64,000 nucleotides of DNA. Origin: an uncultured Actinomycetes bacterium. GTDB taxonomy: Bacteria; Actinomycetota; UBA4738; HRBIN12. Shown one piece after another: positions 56,884 through 64,000 of the stretch; the first letter of the stretch is position 1, and every line of letters starts with the position of its first letter. The notes beneath the pieces were generated by a model. The model was not told where the DNA came from, searched no databases, and saw nothing but the letters and a program-made list of their open reading frames with translations. The position numbers were made by a program, and so were the translations under genes. The stretch lies in contig CAVOYV010000008.1 in the NCBI GenBank assembly GCA_963700855.1, forward strand, positions 93,255 through 157,254, written 5' to 3'.

Positions 56884-57606
56884 CTACGGGCTCTCGCGGG
56901 AGGCCAGGCGCTCGGTGATGCGGGCGTGGGCCTCGCGCGCGGCCTGCTGCTCGGCTTCCTTCTTCGACCGCCCCGTGCCGGTCCCGAGCGGCTCCCCGCC
57001 GACGTGCACGGTGGCGGTGAACTCCTTCTCGTGGTCTGGCCCTCGCTCGACCACCCGGTAGTCGGGGATCGAGCGGAGTTCCTGCGATGCGATCTCCTGC
57101 AGGATCGTCTTGTAGTCGCGGTCGCCCTCGCCACGCACGTACGCCTCCATCCGCGGCCGGAAGAGCCGCTCGATCAGGTCGCGAGCACGATCGAGCCCGA
57201 GGTCGAGGTACGCGGCCCCGAACACGGCCTCCAACGCGTCGGCGAGGATGCTCGCCTTGTCGCGGCCCCCCGATTGCTCCTCGCCCTTGCCCAGGAGCAC
57301 GACGTCCCCGATCCCGAGCGAGCGCGCCACGTCGGCCAGGGCCTGCATGTTCACGATCGCGGCCCGTAGCTTGGCGAGCTGCCCCTCCGGCATGTCGGGG
57401 TAGGACCGGTACGCCATGTCGGTGACGACGAGCCCGAGGACCGAATCCCCCAGGAACTCGAGACGCTCGTTCGTGACCGTGAGCCCCTGCTCGAACGCGT
57501 ACGAGCGGTGCGTGAGCGCTGCCTGCCGCAGCTCGGCGTCGCGGAAGGACACACCGAGAGCCCGGTCCAGGGTCTCGAGGGTCACCTCCACGCGGGCAGA
57601 GCTCAC
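56884..57606 (-). CDS. rnc: ribonuclease III
   Basis: 240-aa ORF with the signature [13 protein letters not shown] and a C-terminal dsRBD ([35 protein letters not shown]). Confidence 0.96.
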   Translation of the reverse strand: MSSARVEVTLETLDRALGVSFRDAELRQAALTHRSYAFEQGLTVTNERLEFLGDSVLGLVVTDMAYRSYPDMPEGQLAKLRAAIVNMQALADVARSLGIGDVVLLGKGEEQSGGRDKASILADALEAVFGAAYLDLGLDRARDLIERLFRPRMEAYVRGEGDRDYKTILQEIASQELRSIPDYRVVERGPDHEKEFTATVHVGGEPLGTGTGRSKKEAEQQAAREAHARITERLASRESP

Positions 57607-57610
57607 GTCG

Positions 57611-57787
57611 TCACTCGACCTCGACGGCCTGGCGCCCGGCGTAGGAGCCGCACGTCGGACACACCCGGTGGGCGAGCTTCGGCTGCTTGCACTGCGGGCA
57701 GGCGCTGTACCCGGTCGGCGTCGCCTTCCAGTTCGCCTTGCGCTTCGCCGTGCGGGTCTTGCTCTGCTTCTTCTTGGGGACCGCCAT
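57611..57787 (-). CDS. rpmF: 50S ribosomal protein L32
   Basis: Below the ORF-track size cutoff. Manual translation gives [58 protein letters not shown] (58 aa). It sits between yceD and rnc. Confidence 0.93.
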   Translation of the reverse strand: MAVPKKKQSKTRTAKRKANWKATPTGYSACPQCKQPKLAHRVCPTCGSYAGRQAVEVE

Positions 57788-57835
57788 CGTCGTGGTTCCT
57801 TCCTGTCCGTTCGAGGAGATGTGGGTCGTCAGTCC

Positions 57836-58360
57836 TCAGTCGTCGGTCTCGGTGGTGTCGTCCGGGAACAACCCGGAGAGTACGGCGAAGCGCGGGTCGA
57901 CGTCCCGGTGGCCGGGGCACTCGTCCAGGTTGCGGTTCCCCCCGCACACCTCGCACAGCCCAAGGCAGTCCGCACGGCACAGGGGCGAGAACGGCATCTG
58001 GACCCCGATCGCATCGCGGGCCATCTGCTCGGTCGCGACCCCGGTCTCGGGGTCGAGCCGGTAGTCGTCGGCATCGGGATCGGGCTCGGGGACGAACAGC
58101 TCGCTGACCGCCACGTCGAAGGGCGCCTCGAACCCGGTCAGACACCGTGAGCAGGTGAGGCGGAACGTCCCGCGGAGCGATCCGGAGACCAGGATGCCCT
58201 CGAGCACGGATTCCAAGAGCAGGTCAGCCTCGATCGGAGCGTCGTCGGGGACGCTCGCGACCTCGGTGGCCAGCCCGTCCAGCGTTCCCGTGAGGCGCTG
58301 CTCGCGGGATGCACCCGGGTGGCCCACTAGGTCGCTGACGTCGATCGTGGCGAGGCTCAT
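57836..58360 (-). CDS. yceD: YceD/DUF177 family protein
   Basis: 174-aa ORF with the CSRCL...CRADCLGLCEVCG cysteine motifs typical of DUF177. It lies upstream of rpmF. Confidence 0.9.
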   Translation of the reverse strand: MSLATIDVSDLVGHPGASREQRLTGTLDGLATEVASVPDDAPIEADLLLESVLEGILVSGSLRGTFRLTCSRCLTGFEAPFDVAVSELFVPEPDPDADDYRLDPETGVATEQMARDAIGVQMPFSPLCRADCLGLCEVCGGNRNLDECPGHRDVDPRFAVLSGLFPDDTTETDD

Positions 58361-58923
58361 TCCTGCGCGTCGTCCCCTTCGTCGTACAGCTCGGGAGCCG
58401 GACGGACGGACTCACCGAAGTGCTGCTCGGCAGCGGTCGTCGGCGCCCGGAGGCGCTCGCGACCGACCTCGACCTGGTCGAGCGTCTTCGCGGCGGCGCG
58501 CGTCGCCGCCTGGGAATCCTCCAAGATCCGACGCAGCGCGATCTCGAACTGCGCGAGCTTCGCGTCGACGTAGTCCTCGGCTTCCCGGCGCATCTGATCG
58601 GCCTTCTCCTCGGCCCCGATCCGGATCGCCTCCGATTCCTGCTCAGCGCGGATCGCGATCTCCTCCTTCATCGCCATCCGTCGCTGATCCTCGCGCGCCT
58701 GCTCGATGATCCGCTCACCTTCGACCCGCGCCTTCGCCAGCAGCTCCTCGCGGTCCTTCACGATCCAGCGGGCCTGCTTGATCTCCTCGGGAAGGCTCTC
58801 CTGCATCTCCCGGATCATCTCTAGGACCTCGTCGCGGCTGACGAGCACCGACGACGACAGCGGCATCGACTTCGCCTCGCGGACGAGCTCCTCGAGCTGT
58901 TGGAGCCGGGTGGCGAGGTCCAT
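58357..58923 (-). CDS. coiled-coil protein (ATP synthase subunit b-like / DivIVA-like), conserved actinobacterial neighbour of yceD
   Basis: Within ORF 58357..59415. ATG 58923 (MDLATRLQQLEELVREAKSMPLSSSVLVSRDEVLEMI) is the start. The product is a highly charged heptad-like sequence. Confidence 0.7.
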   Translation of the reverse strand: MDLATRLQQLEELVREAKSMPLSSSVLVSRDEVLEMIREMQESLPEEIKQARWIVKDREELLAKARVEGERIIEQAREDQRRMAMKEEIAIRAEQESEAIRIGAEEKADQMRREAEDYVDAKLAQFEIALRRILEDSQAATRAAAKTLDQVEVGRERLRAPTTAAEQHFGESVRPAPELYDEGDDAQE

Positions 58924-59411
58924 CAGGACACCCCCTCCGCGAGTCGCTCGGCGAGCGCCGAACGGACGTGTGTCGGCACGAGGCCCTCGACCTCGCCCCC
59001 GAGCCTGGCGACCTCCTTGACCAGCGAGGACGACAGGAACGACCATCGGGGGTTCGTGGGCATGAGCAGGGTCTCGACCCCCCCGATCCTCTGATTCATC
59101 TGTGCCATCTGGATCTCGTATTCGTAGTCGCTCACGGCCCGAAGGCCCTTCACGATCGCGGCCGCGCCCTGCTCGTGGGCGAAGTCCACCAGCAGGCCAC
59201 GGAACGACCGCACCGTCACGTCCGGGAGGTCGCGGATCGCCTCCTCCAGGAGGGCCACCCGCTCCTCGAGCGTGAACATCGGCGTCTTGGAGGGGTTCTC
59301 CACGACACCGACGATCACCGACCGGAAGGTCTGGGCAGCGCGGCCGATGATGTCCAGGTGCCCGTTCGTCACGGGGTCGAACGTGCCCGGGCACAGGGCT
59401 GTCAAGCCCAT
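58923..59411 (-). CDS. coaD: phosphopantetheine adenylyltransferase
   Basis: Within ORF 58923..59663. ATG 59411 is the start, giving MGLTALCPGTFDPVTNGHLDII. Motifs SDYEYE and FLSSSLVKEV. Confidence 0.95.
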   Translation of the reverse strand: MGLTALCPGTFDPVTNGHLDIIGRAAQTFRSVIVGVVENPSKTPMFTLEERVALLEEAIRDLPDVTVRSFRGLLVDFAHEQGAAAIVKGLRAVSDYEYEIQMAQMNQRIGGVETLLMPTNPRWSFLSSSLVKEVARLGGEVEGLVPTHVRSALAERLAEGVS

Positions 59412-59965
59412 CCAACCTCCTGGTAACGGATCAGGAGGCTGTCCCCGTACCGCAGGTGCCTCCGGACGGCCCAGTGTACCGGAACCGCAGGCAGGGAACC
59501 CTTCTGACCTCGGGTCACCACCACGGACCAGCCCTCCGGATCCAACCACCCTCCGTCGAGGGCGGTCAGGCACTCGTCGAGGTACGGCGCGCCCACCTCG
59601 TACGGAGGGTCGCAGATGACCAGGTCGAAGACCGGCGCGCCGCCACCTCTGCGCCGCAACCACTTCCGGACATCAGAGGTCACGACCTGCGCCGCGTCCT
59701 CGAACCGCGTGGTCCGGAGGTTCGCCCGGATCGCCGCGGTTGCCTCGCGCGATGAGTCGACGAAGGTGCAGCGGGCCGCGCCCCGGGAAAGCGCTTCGAT
59801 CCCGATCGCCCCGGTCCCTGCGAACAGGTCGAGGCACCGCGCCTCGGCGACCTCAGCGCCGAGGCTCGCGAAGAGCCCCTCGCGAGCCCGATCAGACAGG
59901 GGCCGGGTCCCTGCGGGGACCTTCCCCAGCCGCATCCCCTTGGCGGTGCCGGCGATCACTCGCAT
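59402..59965 (-). CDS. rsmD: 16S rRNA (guanine966-N2)-methyltransferase
   Basis: 187-aa ORF with MRVIAGTAKG, LDLFAGTGAIGIEALSRGA and DPPY. Confidence 0.93.
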   Translation of the reverse strand: MRVIAGTAKGMRLGKVPAGTRPLSDRAREGLFASLGAEVAEARCLDLFAGTGAIGIEALSRGAARCTFVDSSREATAAIRANLRTTRFEDAAQVVTSDVRKWLRRRGGGAPVFDLVICDPPYEVGAPYLDECLTALDGGWLDPEGWSVVVTRGQKGSLPAVPVHWAVRRHLRYGDSLLIRYQEVGWA

Positions 59966-60011
59966 CGTCGGGGAGCCTACCGGCCACGCTCACGCCACCG
60001 GGGAGGCCGCG

Positions 60012-62255
60012 TCAGGAGCGGAAGAGCCAGTCGATCGAGCGCTCGAACCGCCGGCGGAGCTCGTCGAGGAGCTCGGGGTGGCTTGCGAGCCCGGGGTCGT
60101 CGTCCAACAGCGCGAAGGCTCGTGATCGGGCACGCGTGACCAGGTCGAGGTCCTCCGCCAGACGGGCGAGCTTGAGGTCGGGCATGCCCGACTGGCGCGT
60201 GTCGAACAGCGTGCCCTCCCCCCGCAACCGGAGGTCCTCGTCGGCCAGGACGAACCCGTCGGTGGTCCGGACCATCGCGTCGATCCGCGCGCGCGCATCG
60301 AGGTTGTCCTCGTCGGATTCGTCGAACAAGACGCACCACGAGCGGTGCGCCCCGCGGCCGATCCGGCCCCGGAGCTGATGGAGCTGGGCGAGCCCGAAGC
60401 GTTCCGCGTTCTCGACGAGCATCACGGTGGCGTTCGGGATGTCCACCCCGACCTCGATCACGGTGGTCGAGATCAGAAGGTCGACGTCGCCGGAGCGGAA
60501 CGTCTCCATGACCCGCTCCTTGTCCTTCGGCTTCATCCGGCCGTGCAGCAGCTCGACACGCAGCTCCGGGAAGACCTCGGTCCGCAGCCGCTCCGCTTCG
60601 ACCTCAGCCGCCTTCACCTGGGTCCGGTTCGCCTCGTCGATCGCGGCGCACACGACGAACGCCTGACGGCCCGCGGCCGCCTCGATGCGCACCAAGTCCT
60701 CGGCGCGGCGGCGATCGGCCTCGGTGCGGACCGCCCGGGTCTCGATCGGCTGGCGACCCGTGGGCATCTCGTCGAGGATCGCGACGTCGAGGTCGCCGTA
60801 GTACGTGAGCGCGAGGGTCCGCGGGATCGGGGTGGCCGTCATGATCAACACGTCGATGTCGCCCCCGCCCTTGCCCTTGAGCGCCATCCGTTGGTGAAGC
60901 CCGAACCGGTGTTGCTCGTCGACGACCGCGAGCGAAAGGTCCGAGAAGGTCACGCCTTCCTGGACGAGCGCGTGCGTCCCGACGACGAGATCGACCTCAC
61001 CGCCTGCGATGCCGGCGAGGACCCGCTCGCGCTCCTTGCCCGTGACGCTCCCGGTGAGGAGCGCCCAGGTGAGACCAGGCGCGGGTTCGGGGTCCCCGCC
61101 GGGCTCGCCGTCCGAAGGTCCGCCGAACAGCAGCGACTGATCCGGGTCGCGCGGTCGTGCGAGGCCGAGCCATGCGACCCCCCCGATCGCCGCCAGGAGT
61201 CCCGCCACCGACCGCGCGTGTTGGCCGGCGAGCACCTCCGTCGGCGCCATGATCGCCGCCTGGTGCCCCGACTGGATCGCGACGAGACACGCATGCAGGG
61301 CCACGAGGGTCTTTCCCGAACCGACGTCGCCCTGGAGCAGCAGGTTCATCGGGTGCGCGGCCGCCATCGCGCGGCCGACCTCGTCCATCGCACGCACCTG
61401 GGCGTCCGTGGGTTCGAACGGAACGGTCTCACGGAGACTCGCCGTCAGCGCACCGTCGGCCCGGTGGGCGACCCCCTTGCGCTCCACGGTCATGCGCTGG
61501 CGCCGGAACGCCACCCCGAGCTCGAGCGTGAACAGCTCGTCGAACTTCAGTCGCTCCCTGGCGGACGCGAGCGTCCGGTCGTCGACGGGGAAATGGATCG
61601 CGTGCACGGCGTCGTGCCAGGGCATCAGGGTCTCAGCCTCGATCAGATCCCGCGGCATCGGATCGGGCTGGCGGGGGAGCTGCTCGAACGCCTTCCACAG
61701 CAGCTCCCGGATCGTCTTCGCCGAGATCCCTTCGGCGGCCGGATGGATCGGCGTGATCCGGCCCGTGTGGACGAGGTCGCCGTCGCCACGGAGGATCTCC
61801 ACCTCGGGACTCGCGAGCTGGAACCGCCCGCGGTACATCTGGGCGATCCCCGAGAGCGCCACCTCCATCCCGGGCTGGTAGACGCGGGCGACCCACGGCT
61901 GGTTGAAGAACGGCAGCTGGATCACGCCGGTCGGATCCTTGAAGGTCACCGTCACCATCGTCTTGGGCCGCTGCCCCGGGCGGGGGCGGGTCGTGCGCGT
62001 GTCGACGTCCTTCACGATCGCGATCACGGTGGCCTGCTGCCCGATCTTCAGGTCGCGGATCGACTGGACCATCGACCGGTCGATGTAGCGGCGCGGGTAG
62101 TGGTGGAGCAACTGCCCCACGGTGTGAAGCTCCATCGACTCCGCGAGCACCACCCACGCCTCCGGACCCTTCGTCTTCGCACCCATCCGGCGTGTGGCCA
62201 GGCGGCCATCGATCGCACGGATCGGGTCGTCGAGGCTGAGGGAGGACGATGGCAT
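60012..62255 (-). CDS. recG: ATP-dependent DNA helicase RecG
   Basis: 747-aa ORF with a wedge/OB domain and helicase motifs [15 protein letters not shown] and LHGRMK. The TRG-like region is [12 protein letters not shown]. Confidence 0.96.
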   Translation of the reverse strand: MPSSSLSLDDPIRAIDGRLATRRMGAKTKGPEAWVVLAESMELHTVGQLLHHYPRRYIDRSMVQSIRDLKIGQQATVIAIVKDVDTRTTRPRPGQRPKTMVTVTFKDPTGVIQLPFFNQPWVARVYQPGMEVALSGIAQMYRGRFQLASPEVEILRGDGDLVHTGRITPIHPAAEGISAKTIRELLWKAFEQLPRQPDPMPRDLIEAETLMPWHDAVHAIHFPVDDRTLASARERLKFDELFTLELGVAFRRQRMTVERKGVAHRADGALTASLRETVPFEPTDAQVRAMDEVGRAMAAAHPMNLLLQGDVGSGKTLVALHACLVAIQSGHQAAIMAPTEVLAGQHARSVAGLLAAIGGVAWLGLARPRDPDQSLLFGGPSDGEPGGDPEPAPGLTWALLTGSVTGKERERVLAGIAGGEVDLVVGTHALVQEGVTFSDLSLAVVDEQHRFGLHQRMALKGKGGGDIDVLIMTATPIPRTLALTYYGDLDVAILDEMPTGRQPIETRAVRTEADRRRAEDLVRIEAAAGRQAFVVCAAIDEANRTQVKAAEVEAERLRTEVFPELRVELLHGRMKPKDKERVMETFRSGDVDLLISTTVIEVGVDIPNATVMLVENAERFGLAQLHQLRGRIGRGAHRSWCVLFDESDEDNLDARARIDAMVRTTDGFVLADEDLRLRGEGTLFDTRQSGMPDLKLARLAEDLDLVTRARSRAFALLDDDPGLASHPELLDELRRRFERSIDWLFRS

Positions 62256-62341
62256 CGGCGGTCCCCCGGTTCTACCACGGGCCCCCGACGTGGCCGGGGT
62301 GCCGGGTCACCGTGGCGTCGTCTTGGTACCCTCGACCCTCG

Positions 62342-62539
62342 ATGGCAGCGGTCTGCGATATCTGTGGCAAGAAGCCGTGGTTCGGCAAGTCGGTGACGTT
62401 CTCGCACAAGCGGAACAACCGGCGCTGGGACCCGAACATCCAACGCGTCCGCGCGATGGTCGACGGCACCCCGAAGCGCGTCAACGCGTGCACCAGCTGC
62501 ATCAAGGCCGGCAAGGTCGTCCGGCCGTCGCACGCCTGA
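62342..62539 (+). CDS. rpmB: 50S ribosomal protein L28
   Basis: Within ORF 62249..62539. ATG 62342 is the start, giving [40 protein letters not shown]. Divergent from recG. Confidence 0.93.
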   Translation: MAAVCDICGKKPWFGKSVTFSHKRNNRRWDPNIQRVRAMVDGTPKRVNACTSCIKAGKVVRPSHA

Positions 62540-62546
62540 CCCTGGT

Positions 62547-64000
62547 TCAGGGCGCCGATCCGGCGAGCCGGTAGCCGGCTTTCCCCTCCCGCTTCATCCG
62601 GTACATCGCCGAGTCGGCGCGCTCCAGGAGCGACGCCGCTCCTTCGCCCGGGAGCCCCACCGCGACGCCGACGCTCACGGTGACCGAGGCGACCCCGCTC
62701 GCGACGGGGATCGCGAGGCGTACCGACTCCACCACCCGACCGGCGATCTTCTCCGCGTCGAGGACCGACCCCAGGTTCTCGCAGATCACGGCGAACTCGT
62801 CGCCGCCGAGCCGGGCCACCAGGTCTCCTGGCCGCACGGCGGTCTCGAGCCGTCGACCTGTCTCGGCCAGCACGCGATCCCCAGCCTGGTGCCCGAAGGC
62901 GTCGTTCACGTCCTTGAAGCCATCCAGGTCCACGAACAGCACGGCGACCGGCGTTCGGGAGCGTTCGCCTCGGAACACCGCGCGGACCAAGAGCTCTTCG
63001 AACAGCTTCCGGTTCGCGAGACCCGTCAGCGCGTCGTGGGTGGCCTGGTGCGTGAGCTGTTCCTCGTGGAGCCTGCGCACGGTAGCGTCACGCGCGATCA
63101 CGATGTGCATCGGCCGGTCTCCTACCGCCGTCGGCGCGACGGTGACGTCCACCGGCAACGAGGAACCGTCCTTGCGGTGGGCATGCACCATCCTCTCCCT
63201 CGTGCTGTCGCCGGTCGCGTCACCGAGCTCGACGCCGGGGAGGACGTCGACGAGGCTGCGCCCCCGCAACTCGTCCACGGACCACCCGAACAACGCCTCG
63301 GTTGCGGGGTTCGCCGTCTCGATCGCGCCCTGCCCGTCGGCCGTCACGATCGCCTCCACCGCGCTATCCATCACGGCGCGACCTCTCGCTTCGGACGCAT
63401 CCAGGTCACGGGCCAGGCGCTCCACCAGGACCAGCGCCCGCACCCGGGACCGACCGAGGAAGAACAGCAGCATCGCGGTGAACAGCGCGGGTGCGAGGGC
63501 GAGCATGAACACGCCCCAGGGGAAGCCGTGAGCCGCCGTCGCGAACCCGCTCGTCGCCACGAGCTCGATCGCCCACATGGCGCCGGAGGCCGACACCAAG
63601 GTGCGGTCGGTCATCGCCGACAGGGCGGCGCCCTCCGGGCCGACCACCGCGAGGCTGAACGGATCCAGGTCCCACGCGAGCGATCCCCGGACCCCGTCGG
63701 GGAGCCCCTCGAGCGACTCCCGAGCGAGTTCGGCAGGGTCGAGCGAGGCGCCCACCCACCCGGCGAACGACCCCGCCTGGCGGACCGGCGCGACGATCAG
63801 TATCCGCTGTCGTGCCCAGGGGTCGGGGGCCGGCGGGGTGATGGCCACGCCACCTCGCGTGCCCACCTCCTCGAGGGCGTACCGAGCGCTCGTGTCTCCC
63901 GCGAGATCGTTGCCCAGGAGGCCCGGCGCCGCGGTGCGCGGCGCCACGAACACCACCGGGTACGAGACCGCGTCCACCGCCCCTGGAGGAACCTCTCCTC
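62547..64000 (-). CDS. sensor diguanylate cyclase (extracytoplasmic sensor region, TM, PAS, GGDEF); 5' end probably beyond the window
   Basis: ORF 62547..63977 begins at an internal GTG and the frame stays open to nt 64000. It has a PAS region (VEAIVTADGQGAIETANPA) and a GGDEF domain (DALTGLANR, RLGGDEFAV). Confidence 0.85.
   Translation of the reverse strand, partial: GEVPPGAVDAVSYPVVFVAPRTAAPGLLGNDLAGDTSARYALEEVGTRGGVAITPPAPDPWARQRILIVAPVRQAGSFAGWVGASLDPAELARESLEGLPDGVRGSLAWDLDPFSLAVVGPEGAALSAMTDRTLVSASGAMWAIELVATSGFATAAHGFPWGVFMLALAPALFTAMLLFFLGRSRVRALVLVERLARDLDASEARGRAVMDSAVEAIVTADGQGAIETANPATEALFGWSVDELRGRSLVDVLPGVELGDATGDSTRERMVHAHRKDGSSLPVDVTVAPTAVGDRPMHIVIARDATVRRLHEEQLTHQATHDALTGLANRKLFEELLVRAVFRGERSRTPVAVLFVDLDGFKDVNDAFGHQAGDRVLAETGRRLETAVRPGDLVARLGGDEFAVICENLGSVLDAEKIAGRVVESVRLAIPVASGVASVTVSVGVAVGLPGEGAASLLERADSAMYRMKREGKAGYRLAGSAP

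Noticed and set aside
1-64000. A search for tRNA, rRNA, tmRNA, riboswitch or CRISPR features in the intergenic regions.
   Set aside because: Intergenic spacers are short, with the largest about 100-240 bp. None showed cloverleaf-like arms, rRNA-like sequence or a known riboswitch core that I could recognise by eye. A covariance-model scan (tRNAscan-SE, Infernal/Rfam) would be needed to be sure.

Overview
High-GC (by eye about 70 %, not computed) actinobacterial chromosome segment. It is densely coded and almost entirely on the minus strand. Gene order follows the conserved actinobacterial translation/cell-cycle backbone known from Mycobacterium and Streptomyces: M16 peptidase-pnp-rpsO, ribF, truB, nrnA-rbfA-DUF503-infB-ylxR-nusA-rimP-(proS position), ispG, rip1/rseP-dxr-cdsA-frr-pyrH-tsf-rpsB, whiG-xerC-dprA-comM-yraN-DUF2469-rnhB-lepB-rplS-trmD, rimM-KH-rpsP-ffh, ftsY-smc-acyP, fpg-rnc-rpmF-yceD, coaD-rsmD-recG, rpmB. 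I recognised no rRNA, tRNA, CRISPR array or transposase. The interesting content is where the backbone is broken. (1) A 3.7-kb plus-strand cassette splits the normally adjacent rimM and trmD. It encodes a PqqD/RRE-like + M50 site-2-protease + 2x cyclic-nucleotide-binding protein, a DUF2180-like Cys-rich protein, a 47-aa basic ORF behind two CRP boxes (one a perfect TGTGA-N6-TCACA), and a Crp/Fnr regulator. This is my best candidate for an undescribed cNMP-gated proteolysis module. (2) The proS slot holds a 406-aa ProRS-derived ORF. It has lost most of the class II catalytic core but keeps the INS editing and anticodon-binding domains. (3) A trp leader peptide with three consecutive Trp codons plus an attenuator hairpin lies upstream of trpEG. 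(4) A lower-GC islet carries a LURP-one/tubby-like gene and abuts an apparently truncated secreted-protein gene. (5) The ffh-ftsY interval carries a GAF histidine kinase and a receiver instead of amtB-glnK-glnD. (6) The Fpg homologue lacks the catalytic N-terminal proline. Caveat: at least seven reading-frame disruptions occur in conserved genes (pnp x2, yjbQ, rpsB tail, xerC 5' end, the M50 gene, smc), and several sit at homopolymers. Indel errors in the assembly are therefore the default explanation for any apparent pseudogene here.
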